44,584 nt of DNA from an uncultured Myxococcales bacterium (GTDB lineage Bacteria; Myxococcota_A; SURF-8): contig CAYTHG010000003.1 in the NCBI GenBank assembly GCA_964437525.1, forward strand, positions 1-44,584, read 5' to 3'. The notes beneath the pieces were generated by a model. The model did no database searches, was not told the DNA's origin, and was given only the letters and a program-made list of their open reading frames with translations. Positions within the stretch are counted from its first letter, which is position 1. Every line of letters starts with the position of its first letter. Positions 36,116 to 44,569 of this stretch are shown one piece after another. The translations under genes were made by a program, and so were the position numbers.

Positions 36116-37318
36116 TCAGGCCGGAGGTCTTTGAGAATTGGTAAAATTGAAATAACGACTCGCCTCTTCATTTAAGAAGATTTTTTTGTATTCAAAATTC
36201 GTAAAGATCGGAAGATCAAGATCTTCCAGGAAATCGTCGCGAGGCCATCTGTCTGATTGCAAATCCGGTGGGGCGCTTCCCATGTAGAAAGAAATGACAT
36301 CCACCCCGGCAAGCTCGGCAAGTTCTAAAGCTTTGTCGATATGTTCTTTCCGATCATTCCAACTGAAGACAACATATTTCCAGTCTATATAAGGTAATTT
36401 TTTCTCCCGTTGGTTTCGGTAACTCACCAGATCGAGCATGTTTTTGTATGTTTTATCGAAATCGGCTCCGACTTGATAACTACCCAGCGTTTTGTTGTCT
36501 ATTCCATCGAGCGAAAAGGATACGTGATCCATTAACATGGCCCCGTCTCTTTTGTAGTCGGAATCGACCAGCGACCCGTTGGTCGAAGTAAATATTACGA
36601 CATTCGGATTGTACTTTCTGATTATGCGCAATTCGTCGGTAATCATTTTCGAGAAAAAGGGCTCACCTAAATTGAGATAATAGACTCTTTCCATGTTGTT
36701 CACTTGCAACTCTCGTGCAATTATCTCCAAGTCTTCTAAAGAAAGACTCCTTTGCGCCCTATTATTGTATATAATTTCTCGCGAGCAATATGTACACTTG
36801 TAATTGCAGTTAACCGTATTCTCTATCATTATGCCACTGCTTGGAACTTTTACGGTTCTTCTCTTTTCCTTTGCTACCTTCTTATAGACGACTCTGTGGT
36901 CAGCACAGTCGATACAACGATTAATCGGCAATCGGCCTTTGCTCAGCATTCTTCTGAACGATCTGGCCTTTTTATCCGAAATAATCTCATGCAAAGTCTT
37001 TTGCCTCAAATCTCCAAGCTTTCCGGTCCCATCTACATCATTGCAATTGCAAGAAACACTCATGTCGCAGTTGACAACGAGATTGTAATCGGATTCTCCA
37101 GCCAAAACGCGGCAATAAAAACGCTTACCCGCTCGGCAAGTTTCTTTTTCGTATGCCCTGATTCTCTTTTTCTTGGCTTTTTGGGGTGTCATCTGGAAGT
37201 ATTCACGAATGGTTTTTATCAGTTTTCTGACCAGTGTCCTGAGATTCAAAAAGTCGAGGCCCTTAACCAGATTTCGGAATTTTTGGTTGAACCAGATTTT
37301 TTTCATCATATCAATCAT
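36116..37318 (-). CDS. Radical SAM enzyme with N-terminal SPASM/twitch-like Cys cluster
   Basis: ATG 37318 (MIDMMKK) is preferred over TTG 37333. The CX3CX2C motif CNYKCTYC lies at residues 171-178. Seven Cys fall between residues 61 and 138 (CRAGKRFYC...NCDMSVSCNC...GKLGDL...HEII...RCIDC). The gene is visibly AT-rich. Confidence 0.85.
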   Translation of the reverse strand: MIDMMKKIWFNQKFRNLVKGLDFLNLRTLVRKLIKTIREYFQMTPQKAKKKRIRAYEKETCRAGKRFYCRVLAGESDYNLVVNCDMSVSCNCNDVDGTGKLGDLRQKTLHEIISDKKARSFRRMLSKGRLPINRCIDCADHRVVYKKVAKEKRRTVKVPSSGIMIENTVNCNYKCTYCSREIIYNNRAQRSLSLEDLEIIARELQVNNMERVYYLNLGEPFFSKMITDELRIIRKYNPNVVIFTSTNGSLVDSDYKRDGAMLMDHVSFSLDGIDNKTLGSYQVGADFDKTYKNMLDLVSYRNQREKKLPYIDWKYVVFSWNDRKEHIDKALELAELAGVDVISFYMGSAPPDLQSDRWPRDDFLEDLDLPIFTNFEYKKIFLNEEASRYFNFTNSQRPPA

Positions 37319-37538
37319 TTCAAATCCGCCCAATACTAAGGATAAAAATTACCCTATTGTTTACTCCAAATTCCAAGCATTTACAATAAATTCATAAATA
37401 TGAGAAGAGGTCAAGCAGTTCCCTGATCTTCAGGAAGACGGTTTTTAGTTAGAACAAGCTTCCCAACCTTCTCGACACGTTTCTTATTTCCGATAATGAC
37501 TGAGAATTTTGAGAAGAGTGGAAATATCACAAGCTTAC

Positions 37539-38960
37539 CTACACAACCCGCATACTCTTCCACTTGCCCGAGGCGTAGCGGGCCGCGAGTGTCAGGCCTA
37601 AAAGCGTGATAAAGACCAGCGCCGCCAGCCATGCGCCGTAGACCTGCCAGTCCAGAATTTTACCGAAGACGTATACCAGCGGAATAAAGATCAGCCAGGC
37701 CAGTGCGATCTGTGCATAAAGCGGGAAGCGCGTATCGCCTGCGCCGCGCAGCACGCCCGATGAGGTTATGCCGATGGCATCGAAGATCTGGAAGGCGGCG
37801 GCGATCAAAAGCAGCGTGCCGCCGATTTCTATCACTTCGGGATCGGGATTGAAAAGCGCGATGATATGCCCGCGCCCCAACGCATACACCAGGCCGATAA
37901 AGGCCATTAACACGATGCCCCAGATCATACCGATTTTTGCCGAACGCTGCGCCAGATCGACGCGCTCAGCTCCGAGATACTGACCTACCAGCGTGGAAAC
38001 GGCGATGGACAGCGCCACGGTCGGCATGAAGCTGAAATGCAGAAGCTGCCAGATAATACTGGTAGCTGCCAGACCCGCCGAAGAGATGGTGGATATAAAG
38101 GACATCATAAAGGCCCAACTGACCATCTCGATGGACCATGCGCCACCCATGGGTGCGCCGATTTTCAAGAATCGGCCCACTTCGTTCAGACTTGGAAGCG
38201 AAAAATTGCGCGTATGATAAAGCTCGTTGTTTTTCTTATTAAGATAGACGTAAAGATACATGAATGCCGAAAGCGCCGTGGCTATCAACGACGCCAGCGC
38301 CGCACCCTTGACTTCGAGCCTCGGGAATCCCCACATGCCGAAGACCAGTACGATATCCAGCAGAACGTTGATTACATTGGCGATAACCGTCACGATCATG
38401 GGAGTGAAGGTGTCGCCCAAACCTCGTAAAAAACCCGAGAAGATGAAGTTTGCCAGCAAAAAAGGTATGCCTATCATGCTCACCTGCATGTAGATAACCA
38501 CATGCTCCACAACCTCGGGCTTGGTGCCTATTAAGGGTACTAACTTGGGCACTAAAGGAATAAGGCAGTAAACCACCAAACTGCCGGGTATAGCTATGGC
38601 GAAGGCGGCAAGCGACCAGCGGGCAAGCTGGTCTATTTTTCCGGCACCGTAGCTTTGAGCCACGAAAATAGAAATGGCGCTCATGGTTCCCGTGAAAAGC
38701 GAGAACATCATCCAGGACAAATTCATGCCCATGCCGACACCGCCCTGCTGGGGAGTGCCGACGTAACCGACCACCAGAGTGTCGATTATTCCCATAATCG
38801 AGAATGACATAAAGGAAATCATCAAGGGATAGGCCAGCACAAACAATTCACGCGAGCTGCCGGATTTTTCGTGTATCACTGGCGGAGGAGACAAGCGCTT
38901 CTCGCCTGCGGATTCGGAACTCAATTTTACTTCTTCGCTGCTCATAACAATCAACCTCAA
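37539..38960 (-). CDS. MATE-family efflux transporter
   Basis: 473 aa with 12 predicted helices. The N-terminal block LAYPLMISFMSFSIMGIIDTLVVGYVG and the internal repeat IGAPMGGAWSIEMVSWA are typical of MATE. Confidence 0.88.
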   Translation of the reverse strand: MRLIVMSSEEVKLSSESAGEKRLSPPPVIHEKSGSSRELFVLAYPLMISFMSFSIMGIIDTLVVGYVGTPQQGGVGMGMNLSWMMFSLFTGTMSAISIFVAQSYGAGKIDQLARWSLAAFAIAIPGSLVVYCLIPLVPKLVPLIGTKPEVVEHVVIYMQVSMIGIPFLLANFIFSGFLRGLGDTFTPMIVTVIANVINVLLDIVLVFGMWGFPRLEVKGAALASLIATALSAFMYLYVYLNKKNNELYHTRNFSLPSLNEVGRFLKIGAPMGGAWSIEMVSWAFMMSFISTISSAGLAATSIIWQLLHFSFMPTVALSIAVSTLVGQYLGAERVDLAQRSAKIGMIWGIVLMAFIGLVYALGRGHIIALFNPDPEVIEIGGTLLLIAAAFQIFDAIGITSSGVLRGAGDTRFPLYAQIALAWLIFIPLVYVFGKILDWQVYGAWLAALVFITLLGLTLAARYASGKWKSMRVV

Positions 38961-39190
38961 TCAAAATCAGGCTAAAGGCTTAACTCAAAGCGAATGGAAA
39001 GGCAACCAAAAGGATAGCGCTTTCGCTTAATTGTTTTTCATGTTTCTTGCTTGAACTTGTTTGCATGTCATGTGGACCGACCATGAATGGAATTGCTGTG
39101 TAAAGAAAAGTTGACACTTATTTACGACAGGTTATCCGACTGGCGGCTAGCTGCTTGAATATCTGAATAATTACAGTGTGTTGTCAAGAT

Positions 39191-39206
39191 TGGCACAGGC
39201 ATTCCA
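39191..39206 (+). promoter_or_regulatory. Degenerate sigma54-like -24/-12 element
   Basis: The element reads TGGCAC-aggca-TTCCA. The -12 GC is replaced by CC, so it is probably non-functional or auxiliary. Confidence 0.25.
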
Positions 39207-39209
39207 ATT

Positions 39210-39225
39210 TGGCACGGCATCTGCT
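39210..39225 (+). promoter_or_regulatory. Sigma54 (RpoN) -24/-12 promoter upstream of the Cys-rich lipoprotein gene
   Basis: tTGGCACGgcatCTGCTt matches YTGGCACGrNNNTTGCW at all but one position (C for T at -14). It lies 107 nt upstream of ATG 39332. Confidence 0.6.
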
Positions 39226-39331
39226 TATTTATATCTGTGCCTTTTAAAACGAAAGTAAAAGGCTTTGCAATTGACAATTTGAAACTAAGCGAGATAAAGT
39301 TAAAACGCACTGTAAATGGGAGGTTTGATCC

Positions 39332-41428
39332 ATGAAAGCTAAAGCGATCCTGAGTATGCTGGCTCTGATGTTACTACTTGGAATGTGGGGTTGTCTGGAA
39401 ACCGATATCGGCAACGTGGACGATTCGGTTGACGGCGAGGGAGAGGGCGAAGGCGAAGGCGAAGACCCGACTCTCGGCGACGTTTCAGGTTCCGAATGTA
39501 AAGAGGGAACCAAGCATACCAGTAAGGCCAAACGTCACGGCGAGTCCGAAGACGGTTGGGACGGCGACGATGGCCAAGAAGAAGGTTGGGGTGACGACGA
39601 CTCGGACGACAATCACAGTGAGCCTTATTACGGTGGCGCAATCAAAGCCCAGGTTCACGAGAACTGGGTACGCATCCTTCATATGGACGCAAGCTACCAG
39701 TGTGAAGCCGAGATCATCTACATGCTGGAAGCCAACGGCTCGGAACTGATTCTGACCGAGGTCGATTCCTCCAATGTAGAGACCTACTGCACCTGCAACT
39801 TCGATCTGTCGGTTGACATTCTCGGCCTGACACCCGGTCAGCGCTATCATGCCGAAGTCTGGAACGAGAACAAAAGCGAGATGTTCGGCGAAGTCGAATT
39901 CACCGTCGGCGATTGCGACATCTACGAAAAAGAATGCAGCTACGACTACGAATGCTGGGAATACTTCGAGGAAATGGGCGGCGAAATGCCGATGATCGAC
40001 TGCGAAGGCGACTTTGCCTGCGTCGAAGGTTACTGCGAGTGGATCTGCATGGAATATCCCGAGTACTGCGAATCCGACTACGACTGCCCCGAAGGTTACT
40101 TCTGTGACTTCATGGATTACGGCTATCCCGAAGGAGATTGCTGGGTAGACGAAGCCGGCGAGGAACACTGCGACGATATCATGCCTGAGATGATCGGAGT
40201 CTGCGAACCCAGAGAATGGGAAGAATACTGCGAGTCCGACGCCGACTGCCCCGAAGGTTTTATGTGCATGATAGAGGACTGGGGCAATACCGATCCTGAC
40301 GATTTTAAGGAAGATTGCTGGATCAACGAAAACGGCGAGGAAACGTGTATCCCTGAGACGGGAATGCCTCCCTACTATGGCTACTGCGTACCCGCCGAAG
40401 AACCGATGACCTGTCAAACGGACCAAGAATGCTGGCATTACGATTATCCCCACCCCGAATGCGAGGGCGACTGGGAATGCGTCAACAACATGTGCGAGTG
40501 GTCTTGTGGTCAAGGCCAGTACGAATGTGATTCCGATCAAGACTGCCCGGAAGGTCAATACTGCGAATTTTACGAAGAATGCTGGGATGAAGATGGCAGT
40601 TGGGGCGATTGCTTCGGTGGTTCGATGTGTGTTCCTTACGAAGAGCCCCCCTCAGAATGCATGGAAGACACTGACTGCCCGGAAGGTTATTTCTGTGCGC
40701 TGTTGGATTGCTACAACGAAACCGATCCGGAAGGCAACGCCACCGATTGCTATCCCTACGGCGTATGTATGCCCAGAGAAGAGCCTCCCGCAGAATGCGT
40801 CAGCGACGACGAATGCCCTGAAGGATTCTTCTGCGACAACTGGGATCCCAATGGCATGGGACACTGTGTCGAGCAATGGCAGGGTGAATGCAATGAAGAC
40901 AGCCAGTGCCCTGAAGACATGTTCTGCAATATCATGTGCGGCAACGGCTGGTGCTACGGCGAATGTATGCCTTATGAAGAACCGCCCGCAGAATGCCGCA
41001 GCAACGACGAATGCTGGGAAATCATGGGACCGCCGACCATCGAGTGCATGGGCGCCATGTGGGTCTGCGAAAACGCCCAGTGCGTTCAGACCTGCGGCAT
41101 GGCCTGTGCCAATGACGCCGATTGCCCGGCTGACATGTTCTGCGAAATGGGACTTTGCCAGGAAGAAGAAGTCCCCGGACCCGAGTGCGAAGTCGATTCC
41201 GATTGCCCGGCAGGTGAATTTTGCGCCTATGTGAACTGCGAGCCCGATGCCAACGGCGACCCGAGCAACTGTGCTCCCTATGCAGTTTGTATACCCTACG
41301 AAGACCCCGAGCCTGTCTATTGCGGCGACAACGGCTGGTGCCCCGAAGGATTGCAGTGCGACTGGTGCCCGCCCGATCCCAATTGCCCTGAATGCGAAGT
41401 CTGCGGACAGCCCGTCTGTGTTCGCTGA
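39332..41428 (+). CDS. Cys-rich repeat lipoprotein (12 x C-x-x-D-x-[DE]-C-[PW] units; Dickkopf-N-like / myxobacterial Cys-rich type)
   Basis: The signal peptide ends in the lipobox-like GMWGC. A GEGEGEGEGED linker follows. Repeats include CESDYDCPEGYFC, CESDADCPEGFMC, CDSDQDCPEGQYC, CMEDTDCPEGYFC, CVSDDECPEGFFC, CNEDSQCPEDMFC, CANDADCPADMFC and CEVDSDCPAGEFC. They are joined by C[VMI]P[YR]EEPP[SA]EC connectors. Confidence 0.88.
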   Translation: MKAKAILSMLALMLLLGMWGCLETDIGNVDDSVDGEGEGEGEGEDPTLGDVSGSECKEGTKHTSKAKRHGESEDGWDGDDGQEEGWGDDDSDDNHSEPYYGGAIKAQVHENWVRILHMDASYQCEAEIIYMLEANGSELILTEVDSSNVETYCTCNFDLSVDILGLTPGQRYHAEVWNENKSEMFGEVEFTVGDCDIYEKECSYDYECWEYFEEMGGEMPMIDCEGDFACVEGYCEWICMEYPEYCESDYDCPEGYFCDFMDYGYPEGDCWVDEAGEEHCDDIMPEMIGVCEPREWEEYCESDADCPEGFMCMIEDWGNTDPDDFKEDCWINENGEETCIPETGMPPYYGYCVPAEEPMTCQTDQECWHYDYPHPECEGDWECVNNMCEWSCGQGQYECDSDQDCPEGQYCEFYEECWDEDGSWGDCFGGSMCVPYEEPPSECMEDTDCPEGYFCALLDCYNETDPEGNATDCYPYGVCMPREEPPAECVSDDECPEGFFCDNWDPNGMGHCVEQWQGECNEDSQCPEDMFCNIMCGNGWCYGECMPYEEPPAECRSNDECWEIMGPPTIECMGAMWVCENAQCVQTCGMACANDADCPADMFCEMGLCQEEEVPGPECEVDSDCPAGEFCAYVNCEPDANGDPSNCAPYAVCIPYEDPEPVYCGDNGWCPEGLQCDWCPPDPNCPECEVCGQPVCVR
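39914..41425 (+). repeat. Coding repeat array (about 40-60 aa units) within the Cys-rich protein
   Basis: The recurrent nucleotide motif is gactgcccNgaaggtta/tttctg (for example at 40081, 40247, 40541, 40674 and 40811). Confidence 0.7.
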
Positions 41429-41450
41429 GAGAAATTTACTCACTGTAAAA

Positions 41451-41484
41451 TCCCCGCTTCCAAATCGGAAGCGGGGATTTTTTT
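41451..41484 (+). terminator. Rho-independent terminator of the Cys-rich protein gene
   Basis: tccccgcttcc-aaatc-ggaagcgggga forms an 11-bp stem, followed by T7. Confidence 0.85.
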
Positions 41485-41689
41485 ATGTGGCAGTCGAAAT
41501 TAACGGCAATGGATATTTGCTTTTCTTCAAGCTGGAGCATTGCCTTAAAACAAGAACTTACGGGAACTGGGGACTACTCAGGCCTCCGCCCCCAAAAAAC
41601 GCCATTCTGATCCGCATTATCTTGCGATTCTGTGCGCTCGGGTGCTAATCTTCCTTCGTGCCGGATGACCGGGGCTTACTCGAAATTCA

Positions 41690-44569
41690 ATGCTTGAGAA
41701 ACGACGGGTCATGGAAAAAACCAGGTTGGATCAAATTCTGCAATCCATGTTCAGGATCAGGAAGGGAGAGTTGGAAAAGACTTTTCTGATGTTCCTGTAT
41801 TCATTCAATGCAGTAGCGGTTTTTATTATCGCTCGCATTATGAAAGACACCCTGTTTTTAAACAAGTCCGACCTGGCTCTGCTTCCTTATATGTATGTGG
41901 CGGTGGGAGTGGCGGTCGGTGTGGTCATGTATGCATATTACCGGCTGGCTGCCCGACAATCCCTGCAAGTGACTGTCAACTCGGCCATGGGATTGTTTTT
42001 GATACTGTTTCTGGTCTTTAGAGGTCTTTTAGAAATCGAGGGCCAAGACTGGATCGTACCGTCTTTGTACATCTTCGTCGAGATCATGGGTATCATCCTG
42101 GTGATACAGTTCTGGACATTCGCCAACGAGCTTTTCAATTCACGCGAGGCTAAAAGACTGTTCGGCATCATCGGCGCCGGAGCGGTCACGGCCAATCTGT
42201 ATTCATTCCCCATTCGGGAATTCTCCAAGCTGATAGGCATCAAAAACCTCTCTTTCGTCTGTGCTTTTTCCTTGTTTCTGTGCATACTCATCTTCAACTA
42301 TCTGTCTCGCAAATACAAAAATCAGGTGGCCAGCCACTTGCCGTCCGAGCCGATAGGCGAAGAGGAAGAACGCATTCCTCCGGCCCGTATGGCGGTTTAC
42401 AACAGGCTAAAATACGGCATCGTCGCCTTGACGATGATAACCATTCTTGCGGTGACTTTCGTCGATTATCAGTTCAAAGTCACCGCCAGACACGCCTTTC
42501 AGGGTCAACAGCTTGCCAATTTCTTCTTCAATCTGTATGCCTACGGCGGAATGCTGGCCTGTCTGGTGCAGCTTTTCGGCACCAACCGCATACTGGAGCG
42601 CTTCGGCGTCCTGCCGGCATTGCTGCTTTTGCCCATCATGCTCCTTACAGGTTCAACCATGGCGCTGGCCTGGATAGGCTATATAGGCATCACTTTCACC
42701 AAGGGCAGCGAGCTTGTAACCCGCTACACGGTTTACGAGGCGACCACCAATCTCCTGTACCAACCCCTGCCTTCCCGCATCAGAAGAAAAGTCAAGGCCA
42801 TCTCCGACGGCATCGCTCGTCCTATGGCTCAGAGTCTGGCGGGACTGGCTTTCATTGCCTTGAATGCCCTTTTCTCCATCAATCATCCCGACCGTATAGG
42901 TATGCTAGCTTGGTTCGTGGTGGTAGCCGGGTTTGTGTGGATAGGCGTTCTGATCATGGTCAGACGGCGCTATGTCGATGCACTTTTGATAGGCGGCGAC
43001 AGAAACGCCCGAGGCTGGGAAAGCGGCGAAGAAGATCTGACGGCAGCCATTCCGCGCATGGCCATCAAACGCGCCCTTGAATCCGGCGATGAATTGCAGA
43101 TTTTGAACGCTATCGAGATGCTGCCAAGTGCTAATTGGCACGACTGGGAAGATTTGGTGGTGCCCCTGCACGAAAACGAATCGGCACGGGTGCGCATGGA
43201 ATCCTTGCGTTATCTGGCGGCATCCGGCAACCGCAAGTACTCACGTCTGGTGCTGGCGCACTTTGAGGAATCCGAAGAAGAAGTGGGCGCTCTGGCCATC
43301 AGGCTTTATTGCCAGCTTGAAAGCGAGCGGGCGGTAACGATGATAAGCCAGTATCTCGACAGCCACAATCCGCAGGTCAAGGCGGCCACCATAACCGGCC
43401 TGATAAAATACGGCGGCTTGGATGGCATGTTGAGTTCGGTCGGCGCATTGAAAAAGATGATAACCCATTCAGACTCCCGTCAGCGCGAGATGGGAGCCAA
43501 GGTACTGGGATTCATCAAGATCGAAAGCCTGCACAAACCGCTTCTGGATCTGGTCAACGACCCTGATACTGGCGTCAGGCGGGCAGCCATAGAAGCTGCC
43601 GGAGAATTGCGGGCTTCGGAACTTATTCCCAGCCTGATATACCAGCTCGGCAATCCCGAAACCGCACCGCAGGCCATGTCTGCCATAGCCGCTTTCGGTG
43701 ACGAAGCGGTCGAATCACTGAACGAAGTCCTTGAGCTTTCTTATCTGGACGCGGGAATCGAGCGTTCCATCGCCCAAGTATTGGGAATGATAGGCAGCGA
43801 TGCTGCTGCGGACCTGCTGATGCGTTTGATAGCCACACCGGACGAGCATTTACGCGGTGCTGCAATCAAGGCTTTGCAGAGGGTTTACGGCAAAGTTTTG
43901 AGTATAAGCAGGCCCGACATGGCAACCGTCAAAGAAGTGCTCAACACAGAGTTGGAACATTATTACCAGCTTTTACAGGACATGCAGGTCGTCGAACAGG
44001 AAATGGACAGCCCTTTGCTCCTGTCAGCCTTGGAAGACCGTCTGGAAGGCACCTTGAAGCGTGTTTTTGTATTGCTTTCCCTGATTTATCCCAGACGCCA
44101 GATAGAAATAGTTTCCTACAATATAGATTCCAACAACCCTGCCCTGCGCGCCAATTCCATTGAGATCATAGACAATATTCTGGAAGTCGAAACACGACGA
44201 TATCTCTTGCCTATTCTCGATAGCATCAGCAGGGAAGAAAAAATCAGCCGTGGTCAGGAGCATTTCCAGTTGGAACACTACGGAGCCATGGAGCTTTTGG
44301 AACGCCATCTTTCCGAGAAACAGGGCTGGCTGCTTATTTGCGCCATTTACACAGTGGGTGTCGCCAAAATAGAAGCGCTGGCGGATCTGTTGCCGCGTTT
44401 CTTGTCCCACGAGAATCCGGTGGTGCGCGAGACTGCTATCTTTGCGCTTTCAAAATTGTACGGCGGCGAACGTTTCTGTGCTTTTGCCAAACATTTAGAA
44501 GGCGACGACGACCAACATCTGGGACGCTATCTTGCCTCTTTGCTGGAAGCCCAACAACAAGAATCCTAA
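41690..44569 (+). CDS. TLC (ATP/ADP-translocase-like, Npt family) transporter fused to C-terminal HEAT-repeat domain
   Basis: The N-terminal block KGELEKTFLMFLYSFNAVAVFIIARIMKDTLFL and about 11-12 helices fit the TLC family. The C-terminal roughly 500 aa carry HEAT/PBS-lyase-like repeats: DPDTGVRRAAIEAAGEL, HENPVVRETAIFALSKL, HNPQVKAATITGL and NNPALRANSIEII. An alternative start is ATG 41711. Confidence 0.85.
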   Translation: MLEKRRVMEKTRLDQILQSMFRIRKGELEKTFLMFLYSFNAVAVFIIARIMKDTLFLNKSDLALLPYMYVAVGVAVGVVMYAYYRLAARQSLQVTVNSAMGLFLILFLVFRGLLEIEGQDWIVPSLYIFVEIMGIILVIQFWTFANELFNSREAKRLFGIIGAGAVTANLYSFPIREFSKLIGIKNLSFVCAFSLFLCILIFNYLSRKYKNQVASHLPSEPIGEEEERIPPARMAVYNRLKYGIVALTMITILAVTFVDYQFKVTARHAFQGQQLANFFFNLYAYGGMLACLVQLFGTNRILERFGVLPALLLLPIMLLTGSTMALAWIGYIGITFTKGSELVTRYTVYEATTNLLYQPLPSRIRRKVKAISDGIARPMAQSLAGLAFIALNALFSINHPDRIGMLAWFVVVAGFVWIGVLIMVRRRYVDALLIGGDRNARGWESGEEDLTAAIPRMAIKRALESGDELQILNAIEMLPSANWHDWEDLVVPLHENESARVRMESLRYLAASGNRKYSRLVLAHFEESEEEVGALAIRLYCQLESERAVTMISQYLDSHNPQVKAATITGLIKYGGLDGMLSSVGALKKMITHSDSRQREMGAKVLGFIKIESLHKPLLDLVNDPDTGVRRAAIEAAGELRASELIPSLIYQLGNPETAPQAMSAIAAFGDEAVESLNEVLELSYLDAGIERSIAQVLGMIGSDAAADLLMRLIATPDEHLRGAAIKALQRVYGKVLSISRPDMATVKEVLNTELEHYYQLLQDMQVVEQEMDSPLLLSALEDRLEGTLKRVFVLLSLIYPRRQIEIVSYNIDSNNPALRANSIEIIDNILEVETRRYLLPILDSISREEKISRGQEHFQLEHYGAMELLERHLSEKQGWLLICAIYTVGVAKIEALADLLPRFLSHENPVVRETAIFALSKLYGGERFCAFAKHLEGDDDQHLGRYLASLLEAQQQES

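Noticed and set aside
37411-37530. A 39-codon GTG ORF between the MATE and radical SAM genes, considered as a RiPP precursor.
   Set aside because: It has no Cys/Ser/Thr-rich core, no leader-like motif and a poor RBS. It is the tail of track ORF 37411..37632, which overlaps the MATE gene. Probably noncoding.
38988-39038. A hairpin aagcgaa/ttcgctt with a 27-nt loop followed by a T-rich run, in the divergent region.
   Set aside because: The stem is short and the loop large, and there is no upstream plus-strand transcript to terminate. Likely fortuitous.
39122-39310. A 62-aa minus-strand ORF in the MATE/Cys-rich intergenic region. Also the 85-aa ORF at 13945..14202.
   Set aside because: They have no RBS and odd composition. 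They overlap promoter or leader sequences of well-supported genes.
39914-41425. Regularly spaced nucleotide repeats, considered as a CRISPR-like or satellite array. The same applies to 12488..12547 and 22151..22210.
   Set aside because: All are in frame within long ORFs and encode protein repeats. There is no repeat-spacer architecture and there are no cas genes.
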